DNA of 64,000 bases from Euprymna scolopes (Eukaryota). Positions 52,150-63,742 of the stretch are shown piece by piece. Positions within the stretch are counted from its first letter, which is position 1, and every line of letters begins with the position of its first letter. The stretch is from the NCBI GenBank assembly GCA_053919585.1, contig CM132794.1. One strand, 5' to 3'. The position numbers and the translations under genes are program-made. Under the pieces are notes generated by a model. That model saw only the letters and a list, made by a program, of their open reading frames with translations. It searched no databases and was not told the DNA's origin.

Positions 52150-53456
52150 CAGTATATATTCTTACCAAGTTTAAGTAAGATTAAGGGCTTCATAATAATT
52201 ATTAATAAAAATTGCAAAATTATTTATAGTCTGACGCCAAAGATATACATTTGAGTTCTTGTTTATTTTTCTTATTTACACATTCTACGAATGTATTTCC
52301 ATAATAATTTGGAGCACCAATAGAGTGGCATAAGCGAAACGCAATTTGCATAACATATATTTATAAATAATTTATTTCGTCAATATTGCTGACTTGATTA
52401 TATATATATACACACACATATATATATAAGCATATATATATATATCAATATATATATAGCTATATAATAACAGATCTATAGATACGTATGCATATTGTAG
52501 ATATGNNNNNNNNNNNNNNNNNNNNNNNNNNNNNNNNNNNNNNNNNNNNNNNNNNNNNNNNNNNNNNNNNNNNNNNNNNNNNNNNNNNNNNNNNNNNNNN
52601 NNNNNNNNNNNNNNNNNNNNNNNNNNNNNNNNNNNNNNNNNNNNNNNNNNNNNNNNNNNNNNNNNNNNNNNNNNNNNNNNNNNNNNNNNNNNNNNNNNNN
52701 NNNNNNNNNNNNNNNNNNNNNNNNNNNNNNNACTTAGAAATACTAGACACTGTATTTCCTATACATATATATGGGGTATAACTTCTAGATTTGAAATTAC
52801 CATAAACTCTTACTTTCAGTATAAGACGGAATGCCTGACTCCTTTAGAATATCATTAAATTTGGTATTACTGCTTATTTCTTCATACATATAACGAAATT
52901 GTGGTTGCTAAAAAGCGGGAAACTTCTCAAACAATAATATATTTTAACAAAAGCAAGAAATTAATTTGTTTTTTAAACCGATTACTTTTTGGTTTGTTGC
53001 AGCTGCTTCTTAACCTCCTCCTTTCCAAGTTGACGCAACATTGCAACATAGAGGCTTTTTTATAATTGACAGAAAAATAATATTCGTTAACACGGCAAGA
53101 CAATATTTTTTGCAATTCACAAGTCGAATATTTACTATTGAAATAAAAAAATCACCTGGTTTTAGAAGTCTGGAACTTGTTTTGCGTTGTTTCCCTCGAT
53201 AATATAATTATTAAAATCGTAGAAGTTAATAATTTAGCTACAATATATATAATTGAAACATAATAAACTGTAAACAATGGATTTTCCAACCTGAAATTTC
53301 CNNNNNNNNNNNNNNNNNNNNNNNNNNNNNNNNNNNNNNNNNNNNNNNNNNNNNNNNNNNNNNNNNNNNNNNNNNNNNNNNNNNNNNNNNNNNNNNNNNN
53401 NNNNNNNNNNNNNNNNNNNNNNNNNNNNNNNNNNNNNNNNNNNNNNNNNNNNNCGA

Positions 53457-53510
53457 TTAAGCTACACTGAATATTCCGCGTTTCATCCACTCTAGGACTC
53501 TTCAGGCTTA
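53457..53510 (-). ncRNA. Type-I hammerhead ribozyme (family A), intact
   Basis: taagc-CTGAAGA-gtcc tagagt ggat-GAAAC-gcggaatattcagt-GTA-gctta: all core nucleotides present and stems I, II and III pair. Confidence 0.88.
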
Positions 53511-53513
53511 TGC

Positions 53514-53568
53514 TTAAGCCTGAAGAGTCGTAGAGTGGATGAAACGCGGAATATTCAGTGTAGCTTAA
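53514..53568 (+). ncRNA. Type-I hammerhead ribozyme (family A), intact core
   Basis: ttaagc-CTGAAGA-gtcg tagagt ggat-GAAAC-gcggaatattcagt-GTA-gcttaa: 6-bp stem I; stem II shortened to 3 bp by a C-to-G change. Confidence 0.85.
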
Positions 53569-53570
53569 TC

Positions 53571-53606
<36 letters not shown>

Positions 53607-53639
53607 TAATGATTAAAGTTAAATTCTGTAGAAAAAATA

Positions 53640-55965
53640 TGGCAATTGCTTTGTCTTTACAAACACTAGCCACATGATTGCTAATCACCACCCTTACTGT
53701 AGTGGCTGGCTGACTCGGTAATGACACCAAACCATGTCCGTGTGCCTGAAGGTCACTTTTCAGAGCAAAGTTTACTTGCATAACATGCCACATTTATGGC
53801 AGACAATGTTTAGTGTTGGAACTTGTTTCACATCTACTTCCGCTTTTCAGCGTCTTTTGTTCGCAGCGTGTTTTTTTTTGTTAATGTAAGCAGTTTCGAT
53901 AGAAGCATCTGATCAGAAGCTTCACATTTTCAACCGTTACCCGCATTATGTAAAACTGACACATTGCCTTTATTAAGATTTCTCTTGAGCTTAGAATTAT
54001 CGATTCTTTTCTCTTTTATTTTAAATAAAACAAAACAAGAACACTTTAAATCCACCTCTAAGTAGCCCTTTCCATTCGAGCCAACATTACGCCAGATTTC
54101 CTCAGTTCTGAACAGTAATCTTGTCTTTTATACAATCAATGCAGCGACTTTTTGGACAATACTGATGATGTTTTCCAGTTTTAAGCTCGCCGTAGAACAA
54201 CCGTGTTGGCAGATTTACATTCCTCATCTGAACAACATGACCTGTTCTGTGCAACTGGTTGCTTATCACCATCGCTTCAATGATTAAACACTCAGCTTTC
54301 ATGAGAAAATCCCTTTCAGGTGTCAGTGACTGTCATTTTACATTCAGAATTCGCCTGCGCTATTTCTGATGGGATATCTCATGTTGGTTTAAATGTCAAC
54401 GCTGTGTTGTCCAGTATTCTGATGAGTAAATTAAAATCGAAAGTATACAGGTCGAGAAAACACTAATATAAGTTTAGACAGAGATTCCACGATCACGTCA
54501 AATCAGCTTTTCTAGTATTTCAGATGCCGTGCTGGCCTTCTGGTTGCGAATACTTACCTCCGCATCCAAGGAGCAATCTCTAGATACTGAGCTATCTAAG
54601 TACACAAATGTACCTTAAAGATCTAGCCTTCTCTCTCACACATAGATATTTGGTCCAGGTATAAACATTACTTCCCTCTTATTACTGCTGATAGTTAAGT
54701 CAAAGGCAACACATATTGCTGAAAAAATGATTATATCTTGAATATCTCGTTTTGAATAAGACACAAAATCAGCATCATCAGCATAAAGTAGTTTCGTAAT
54801 TAAGCCTCCAAACGTTTTAACGTGTTGTTAAATCTTATTAGATAGAATACTCTGCTAATTGTACCAAAGCGGAGAAAGACATCTTTATAGCAAACCTTAA
54901 ATCTGTATGCAAGAAGCATTGCGAATTAAATGAAGAATAGAATTAAAGCCGAAACATTCTTCTATTTGACATTGTTGTCAACAGAAAAGTCCTCCCGCAA
55001 TTCCCCGTTAAGTGCAACTCGAGCCGTCATGTTTCTGTAAAGTTCCTGAAACATCTTGACAAACGTAGGACATCCGTTACTCCCAAGAACAAGTGAAGCA
55101 TTCATGGTCCCCCGTGAGTTCACTGTGAATGAGGCATTAAAAATGACTAAGTTCAGAATTTGTCTCCCCCATTTAGATACAAAAGTCCCCAGGGGACGTC
55201 AAATCCTGGTGAAAATTAACAAATGGTGCAGTTTTAGACCTTAGCATATTTAAATTGTAGTTCTGCACCATCCAAAAATAAATAAATAAATAAATGACTA
55301 AGTCCATCATTTTGCCCTTCCCATTTAGCCTCAGAAATCCACAAAGTCTTAACATTTTGATATTTGAGGTCAGAACCACGCAAAACTACTAAATAGTCAC
55401 ACATAGAAAAGTTTTGACAAATATGTAAAAATAGTCCCCAAAATAGAGTATTTTTATAACCCACAAAAGAGCCCCTGAAGGGCACCCAAGAGTTATTGCG
55501 AAGTATAGACAAACAAAATTATATAGAAATCAGTTAGTTACAACTTTTCAGAAAATTTTATAAAAATCCAAGACATCAATTTTTTTAATAAGCACAACGG
55601 TGTCAATTTATCCATTTTACCCGAAAATCATCTCCAGGGAACCAGAGTCTACTCATATCATGATTAAATGTTTGTTCAAAATTTCAAAAAAATTCAAGGC
55701 GTAGCAATTGAGAAAAGTATGAACAGACGAACGGACGAACGGACAAGGGTATATTTAGAGGTCCACCCTCTTTTTGTCGGGGGACCACTTATCAACAAGG
55801 GGTTACTATTTACAGTGTAAAATGCCTTTCTGAAATCAATAAATTCTGGATAAAGTAGCATCTGTCGTTCAATACATTTTTCCTGCAAAGTAAATATCAT
55901 ATCCACAGTGCCTGTACCCTCGGTGATACCACATTACGCCCAAGGAATCATTAATGGACGTATGT
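53640..55965 (-). mobile_element. RTE-clade LINE, degenerate RT to C-terminus, interrupted by insertions
   Basis: DMIFTLQEKCIE...FIDFRKAFYTVN, [insertion], GCP, LLYADDA, YLDS, GHVVQM...LPTRLFYGEL and terminal VCHKCGMLCK...LQAH. Confidence 0.9.
55088..55790 (+). mobile_element. HINE/Helentron-associated-like non-autonomous element nested in the RTE
   Basis: Begins AACAAG; subterminal inverted repeat tggtcccccg (55105-55114) / cgggggacca (55778-55787); gacgaacg repeats and a short hairpin near the 3' end. It splits the RTE between KAFYTVN and GCP. Confidence 0.65.
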
Positions 55966-56602
55966 TATTGNNNNNNNNNNNNNNNNNNNNNNNNNNNNNN
56001 NNNNNNNNNNNNNNNNNNNNNNNNNNNNNNNNNNNNNNNNNNNNNNNNNNNNNNNNNNNNNNNNNNNNNNNNNNNNNNNNNNNNNNNNNNNNNNNNNNNN
56101 NNNNNNNNNNNNNNNNNNNNNNNNNNNNNNTTCTACAAATACTAGTATAGCATGCGTTTCTCAAAATTGTCTTATTCATTTCCCGCTTCCTTAGTTCCCG
56201 CTTGCTGAACTCGTTGGTTTTGAAGTCTTGTTCAATTCCCTGTTTTAATACCTCATTCTAACACGGCTCCCTATTTCAGTAGGTTCTTTTCAACGACTGT
56301 AAGGTTATCGAATTCACTTCGTGCTCAATGTTCTCCTTTCACCTACAGCCTTGGTCTTTTCAAGACCAAGGTTAATAGGCACGCCCTGTCTCTACCATAA
56401 TCAGCTTTCGTAAATTTTAGCTGTCACTGTCAGTTGCGAGTTTAATTGACGTGGGTTGTAAGGCACCTGCCACCTCTGAGAACGACCTTTAATTCGGTGT
56501 TCGAATCCACGCTTAGAAACATCTGCTTTGTCTTTCTACTCGAAAATTTGTGATACGATGAAGCACGTTTCTTTCTGTTTTACTCTCATGTATATATATC
56601 TG

Positions 56603-56658
<56 letters not shown>

Positions 56659-56860
56659 ATATTTAGATATTTAGATATAGTCTGCTTATTATACAAACAT
56701 TATTGGTTACATATGTGCATACATGTTTCAGTGGAGTCCCAATTCAAGGACAACATTAAACAAACTATATCCTAGCTCTGCCCTACATTGGGCACTCTTT
56801 AATAATCACATGAGTTTGATTGGATTTACATCTAAGAAACCAATCGATACGACCAATATA

Positions 56861-56913
<53 letters not shown>

Positions 56914-57562
56914 GTGTGTCTGTGTGTGCCTGTGTGTATGTGTTTGTGCTCTGCACTGATAGGTAAAGCTTACCGCTACAGATATAACGGCTCCAGGAAT
57001 GGAAAGATAACTTAGGTTACCGAAGAAAAATGCAAAGAAACGAAATACAAATGGTGTTTTAATGTTTTCTTCTGTTAATAGCGAGTTTGTTAGCCCAAAG
57101 TCAAATATACATGACAACCCTGATCACAATTGGACATGGTCTGACTTTCAAGTTACGAAACTTGGTCGAATCCACTTGTTCTTTCTAGTCACACTGAAAC
57201 ATCATGACACGACGAAACAGCTACCTTGATATTGCGATATGTTTATATTTTTTATTCAACGAACAGTTTACATTGTTTTATACAGTAATCGATGTATAAA
57301 TTTCCGAATTGAAAATTACAATTTTTAGACACAAAACTGTTTAGTTTGTAAGATATGTATGTAAAAACATTTCTTTATAAAAACATATTTTTACTATAAG
57401 TAATTTTCGTACAAAATATATTTTCGTTATGAAAATGTAAAAATATAATTAATTTCAGTATGTTTTTTTACATAGGCATCACCACACTATAAAGGCCAAG
57501 AGGCCACTCAAGGATAAGTATTTGCGAAATAAAAAAAAAACATTATAATTACATAAAAAAGA

Positions 57563-58190
57563 TTTTTTTTACTCATGTTCACCTCTTACAAAGCATATCG
57601 CCACTTGGACGTAAGGGGCTACTATTTGGGGCCAGGTCTAGGAAAGATTAACATGATATTTGCTAATGTTACATTTAAACTTCTGCATATAAGTACAGCC
57701 AGGGAATCAGGCAGCAGGAAGTGAACCCACCATCTTTGCAACAGCCATTGCAATATCGTCTATGTATTTGTTCCAGTTCATATTGCGCGCAAATGCTAGG
57801 TCGAGGAATTTGAAGGTAGAATTCTCAGGTGGTGTGCTATTTTTCATGGATATAGGAGGTTGCAGAAGCGTCTTGTCATTGTTAAAGGAGAGCAGCTTTA
57901 TTTTCCTAGTATTAAATGCTACCATCTATTTGCTGCCCCATTCAACTATAGTTCCATGCATATTATGGAACGTTGTATCATCAGCAAATATACCCATCTC
58001 GGACACAATATTATCAGGGAGGTTGTTTATGAATATAAGGAATAATAATGGTCCAAGGATCGACCCCTGAGGCACTCCCGCATTAATGTTATGCTACTTG
58101 GATATACGTCCGTCAATGACAACCTGCATGCTTCTATTGTCTAAGAAGCATCTAATTATATTTAGTATACGTCCAGTTATACCTTACGAT
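57563..58190 (-). mobile_element. CR1-like family A fragment with internal deletion
   Basis: GVPQGSILGPLLFLIFINNLP, FADDT, VAFNTRKIKLL and WNKYIDDIA, joined directly to the 3' tail. A family-B tail is adjacent at 57478-57530. Confidence 0.9.
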
Positions 58191-58429
58191 TTAATTTTCA
58201 GTTTGTAATAGAAATAAAATTTTAAATTTTTAATGCAAAAAAAAAAAAAAATCAGTGACTTAAAATACACGCGGAACTGATTTTTGGGCTTCGCCGCTGT
58301 CTTTCGAACTAATTCTCAGACGTAAATGCGAGTCTTAGGCGTTATGCCCTTTTAACATTATCAGGTGTATGACTATCAAAACGAAAGCAAACAACGTAAA
58401 AAGTGTAAAATCAATGAGTCACGTCAGAA

Positions 58430-58432
<3 letters not shown>

Positions 58433-58488
<56 letters not shown>
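58433..58488. repeat. (GA)n microsatellite
   Basis: Direct reading. Confidence 0.98.
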
Positions 58489-58489
<1 letters not shown>

Positions 58490-59472
58490 ATTATTTATGG
58501 CAAGAAAAAGCCGATACCTTATCGCGAAACCTATTCTCTTTAGCGGCGATTGTCAACAGCGAGTGAAGGATTCGCCATGTCCGCAATGGCGGAATTATTT
58601 ACGGCTGTTTCGAAGTGGCAATAAATCAAGCCGAAAAGGTGGCAACATACTTATAATTCTTTGAAGGTACCGCCATGTTTTTCTCTGTTTCCCTGTAAAC
58701 AGAGTAGATAACTGCAACCTGCCACATATAACGAAAAAAAAAAAAAGCACAGAAAAAGAAAAAAACACACACACACACAGAAACAATGTCAGATAAAGCA
58801 AAGATTTTATCTACGGTTCATCAAAGCAGAGATAAATAATCGTTAAACTAATACACAGAGAGGCAAAACAAGACTAGTTTTATTTATTGCAATTACAAAT
58901 CTGTTCATCAGGAAACAACTGCATATGAACACTGATATAAATGCCTGTTTTGACCCATCAAGTCGTAAGATATCTACATTTTTTTTACTATTGAGTGAAA
59001 CCATATGCAATGTCCATCCATTCCCGATTAATCCACTTCTATTTTATATCAGACTTTTCTTTATTTTCGTTACGATAACTTACGATGTGAGAGGCAATCT
59101 TCAAAATAACACATAGTTATTGCGAATTAACTAGACATTTTTATAGGTGTTTTAAAAATTTAAATACCCGTTCAACTTAGCATCAAAGAAGAATACAATT
59201 AAAAGAGAAAAGAACAAAAAGAGTAAAGAAAAGAAAAGAAAGAAAACGAAAAATAAAAAGACAAAAATGTAAACAAACAATAGAAATGAAATATTGGAAA
59301 AAGAAAAGAAAGGATTGGATTAAGCAATATTTCGTCATTTTAAGAATCATATTATATTTGCATTTTGTCATCATCGTTGATATTTATTTTTGGTGATAAT
59401 ATTTGTTTTGATGGGTGTTTGCAACTACATTTTAACGATAAAGTGTCAGGGTATCTAAATGTATGTATGTCA

Positions 59473-59527
<55 letters not shown>
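59473..59527. repeat. (TTA)n microsatellite
   Basis: Direct reading; another at 63688-63740. Confidence 0.98.
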
Positions 59528-59692
59528 GGATTAAAACTTTATGTAATGACTATAAAATGTTCAAATTCCCAAACTGAAAAGAAATAAAGTTATTTATTCA
59601 ACAATAAGCAGAAATATTGATGCTCTTATGAATATTAAGCTGGGTATATGTGATATATTTTAGAAATCCATAGGACGATAGGATATAATTAA

Positions 59693-59998
59693 TTTTTACA
59701 AAGAAACCATCACTTATCAAGGCCGAGGGCAACTCGAGAATAAGGATGCATGCATGTGAGGTGGTAGTGTCGTAATCGTTAATGGCGAATATTGGGTAGA
59801 ATTTGAATTATTTAAGGTGAGGACTTAACAAAAATTTGTGTTACATTAGACTTGCTACCATACTGTGGCTACCATACTTTGGTCCGCCCCGGAGCAACCC
59901 CGTGGAACACTGCTCCACAGGCGGGTAGTTCTAGCAAAGAAGCTGTATTCATGAAAGTTGCGTTTCGATTTAGGCACAGATACTGAGTGGGAGAAATG
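59693..59998 (-). mobile_element. CR1-like family B 3' fragment
   Basis: cacttatcaaggcc tail and ttaggcacagata segment match the reverse complement of 41465-41735. Confidence 0.8.
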
Positions 59999-59999
59999 C

Positions 60000-61917
60000 C
60001 AGTTGTTGATGGGAATTCTCTACTAAATGCTTCTGTTAATATAATTGCAAAATTAGCCATTTTGTCTCCCGGGGACAGAAAAGATAAAGATCATGATAAA
60101 AAGAAACATAAGAGTAATTTATGTTTGGCAGGAGCAGCGAAAAAGTTAGCGAAAAAGTTTATTAAAAACCACTTTCCGGTCAATTGATGAGTCTTTAAAA
60201 CTGCTTGGAACTCCCTCTCGCCCACGCTTAGATGAAATTCCAATTTTGGAACTTCTTATATGTAAAAAATAGGTACGGGCAATTTAATGGCTGCTTCGGT
60301 AGCGGGCATGGTTTCTAACGCCGACTAATCATATTTTTTTAAATTTTCGATTACCTTTTTATTGTGTTTGAACGATTATAGTTTAAACTTAATTTCTCCA
60401 AGAAAGAAAGTGTGTGAAACAAAAAATACATGGAATAATTTTATCTCAAATCTGAAAAACCATAGATTTCATGTAAAAATTAATTATAAGAAAGATCGTG
60501 TTTACATATTTCTGGCAAGAAAAATATAATTTTTCTGGAATTATTTCCAAGTTAAGTATTAAGTTAAAGTCTTAAGATAATGAATTAATACAATAAATGT
60601 ACTTAACTTTTGCTAAAATAGTAATAATTATCCAAAAATGGTAAACTGGTAGAAACGAGACTTGTTTATCGCAAAAAAAAACAAACAAACAAACTCTGGC
60701 GGCAAAATTCAAATATGTATGGAAGGACAAATTAGACATGATTTATTTCTTTATTTAACATTATTTCGGCATACCGAGCGACTATTTTTGATTTTGAATC
60801 GCAGACCTCCATTCTATTCATTTAAAAATAGATAAAAATTAATTAAACTCATTAATTATACTACTGACAATTTATTCATTGAAAAAGAAGTTAGCACCGT
60901 TATTTATTAATATTAATACAAAATTACAACTGGTTATGAAAACAAATTATAATTATTGAAAAACTTACACTAAAAAAATACAAACCTAGGTTAAAATTTA
61001 TCAGAATGTTTTCGTGAAATTTAAAGTTGAAAAACACAAACAAGCGGGTAGTTAAAAAGAGGAGGAGGGTGGGCAAAACAGACTGGTTTTCTTTTCAAGA
61101 CTGTGCATCCGTACTTACCGACATGGAACGTTCTTATTATTTTTACCATTTTTAAATTTAGTTATTTTTCTATGTTCCTGGAGTCAATTTAATTTATTTT
61201 ACTTTATTTTTCAAGATTATATAAACATTATTTTACGTTGATGATCATACGTTCATGCGTGCAATGGAAATATTAAAATTTTACATGTAAAGATTACATC
61301 AAAAATGTAAGCGTAAAATAGAAATAATTTTTGCAATTAAACTTTTTTATGTGAAAATATTAAATACACAATGCTTAATTCAATGACAATATTGGTAGTT
61401 GGAGAAATTAATTCTTCTTCGAGTTATATCGATTTCGTTAATACAAACTTTAAGGGCTTTTCTCGTAATGTTCCTGTAAAAATTAAATAATTATTTTTAT
61501 TGTTACAAATTACGGTGCTTTTTTTACTTAAAAAAAGCAAAAATAAATTCTTGCATTTTTGATTTACTACTGAAAACCATAAGTTTAGTAAAGCTATTTT
61601 TTGTTTGAACAAAATAATATGTTTTCACTAAGATTAAAATTAAAATAATTAGTCCATTATATTCTGCGATCATTATTTGATGAATACTGAAAATTTCATT
61701 ACAATTGGTTAATTTCCTGATCTTTCGTGAATTTTTAAGTCAATGGAGGGGTCAGAATACTTATACATTGCGGATATCGGCATTCATTTTGCACGTACTT
61801 AGTAAAAAGATAGCACATGAGCGGCTAACGGCTTTAGTTTTTAGAGAGGAGTGCATTGTTTCAGCATGTCAGGAAGGCTTCGTTTACACATGGGCTCAGT
61901 CAGGGAAAGTGGTAAGT
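60000..61917 (+). pseudogene. WDR20: WDR20/DMWD-family partial non-processed pseudogene (parts ~60000-60269 and 61802-61911 plus splice donor)
   Basis: IAKLAILSPGDRKDKDHDKKKHK, [frameshift], IDESLKLLGTPSRPRLDEIPILELLICKK, [insertion], KKIAHERLTALVFREECIVSACQEGFVYTWAQSGKV|gtaagt. This matches the WDR20 C-terminus as I recall it (LGTP.CPR...P.LEPLICKKIAHERLT.L.F.EDCIVTACQEGF..TW.RPGKV). Confidence 0.9.
60270..61801. mobile_element. Non-autonomous TIR DNA transposon (hAT- or MULE-like)
   Basis: Left end TAGGTACGGGCAA and right-end reverse complement TAAGTACGTGCAA, with imperfect similarity over ~50 bp; flanked by gtaaaaaa (60262-60269) and gtaaaaag (61802-61809). Confidence 0.78.
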
Positions 61918-62389
61918 TCTTCTTGTAGTAAGACTACATTTCTTTATCTTCTTTGAACGTTTATCTGTGTTTTTTTTAATGTTATTATTGTTATTAGTGG
62001 AGAAAAATGTATGAATTGGAGATTATCAAGTATAATACTCAAGAGGATTTGATTTATATCTTTCTATTCAATTACGCCAAATTTCCACTACTAACGAGTC
62101 TTGACATGTGATGACCCCTTTGTGAAAATAAAAAAAAATGTTGATAGTGGTTGTAGCTAGTTGAGTGTTTTTGTGTGAAAGTTTAGCAAGGATAAACCAT
62201 ATATTGTAGCTAAAACGAACACTTGAAAATAACGACAGAGCAGAGACAGGCTAGCAACGTCTCTTCAGTGGGAAGAGAAAATAGCATCATCAATCAGGTT
62301 TTAACACAACTATAATAGTGCTGGTTAGTACAGAATTATTCTGAAGAAATAATAGAATTCATGTATGTCTATGAACTCCAATTATGAAC

Positions 62390-62680
62390 AATTTCCCCTA
62401 TTCGCTATGTGACCAGAGATTTCATGAACAAAGCTTCTTTCCTAGACTGCCCGCCTCTGTGGAACTCTGTTACGCTGGTCTGCTCTCTATAATGTGTTGG
62501 TCTTCAAGTCAAATGTAAAGAAGTTCTTGCTCAACTGTCGCTTTAAATAATCATATTATATTATATCAACTTCCATATACTAATTACTACGCTGTTTTCC
62601 CGATTATCATGGTACACTTATTACTCTTTATCCTCAGACTTTCGGGCCTTTATAAGTGGTGAGTTCGTTGTATAAAATAA
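62390..62680 (+). mobile_element. Old CR1-like family B 3' fragment
   Basis: catgaacaaagcttctttcctaga...cgggcctttataagtggtga. Confidence 0.75.
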
Positions 62681-62856
62681 TTTATAAATTAAAAAAAATA
62701 TATTTTGAGTCCTGTTTAAAAGACTATGATACATTATAAATTAGATTAATCATGTTAAAACAAGCAAATATATTCTCCAAATAAAGTAACCCCTGTCTGC
62801 GCGTTTAGCAACGAAAGAGGAAAACAAAACTTATTGTATTTTATAAATGTATTTAC

Positions 62857-62974
62857 GTATATGTATGCATGTATGTATGTATGAATGTATGCATGTATAT
62901 GTATGCATGTATATGTATGCATGTATATGTATGAATGTATGTATATATATGTATGAATGTATTTATGTATGTAT
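62857..62974. repeat. (TATG)n-like microsatellite
   Basis: Direct reading. Confidence 0.9.
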
Positions 62975-63553
62975 GGTCATGTCATATGCTACTGGTACCA
63001 TGTAACCCAGTACTACCTGCCCCATGGTCGGGTCACCGGCGACTAAACTGGTTCCCCCACCAGACTTGTTTGGTGAGGAGGATGGCTAGTCTCCCTGAAG
63101 GATTAAAAACACGGCTTTCCAAAGAGCGAATGAACCCTTTTTTGGGGTCAATGGCAAACTAGCACCGTGTGTTTGTGTGTGTATGCATGTGTGTGTTGGG
63201 GTGGAGAGGGCGCCCGTAAGCCGTGGTGAAGGCAACCTATCTAGGAGAAGCAAATCTATGATTAAAAAAAAAAACAGAAAACGGAAGACCAGTACCCGCA
63301 TTAAGCTGGTCTGCGGATTAACTTGTTGCTGGCTATCTTGCTCTTGCTTGTTGCTGGATCTCACTATTTTGAACCGAGAGAGAGACTTAGCTGTTGTACA
63401 AAGCTTAGACTCTGTAACATAATCTGTGCATAGATACTCTCTCAGGCATTTGTCTATAAAAGTGATCCTTTGGCGATGGAAGTCATTTTTGGGTTCATGG
63501 ACTTTAAGTGTCTGAGGGAGTGGCACTCGTCTGACAAGACGTTGCAATCATCA
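62975..63553 (+). mobile_element. RTE-related non-autonomous retroelement (~580 bp) with a structured 5' end
   Basis: Non-coding and inserted in (TATG)n; contains ggcaacctatctaggagaag (RTE 5'-UTR-like by recollection); ends in ATCATCA; second copy at 38503-38842. Confidence 0.65.
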
Positions 63554-63687
63554 GGTATGAATGTATGTATCAAAATACCAACAGCTAACATATTTCCGTG
63601 CACTCTTTATGCTATCTATATGGTTGGTGCACAAACTTTTGCCGGTTTGTAAAAGTGTAATTTTTAAGCCTTGTAATTTATTTTCAC

Positions 63688-63742
<55 letters not shown>

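Noticed and set aside
60273-61802. TIR element acting as a GT-AG intron (introner) rescuing WDR20
   Set aside because: Splicing GT 60273 to AG 61802 leaves an in-frame TAG, and the upstream frameshift remains.
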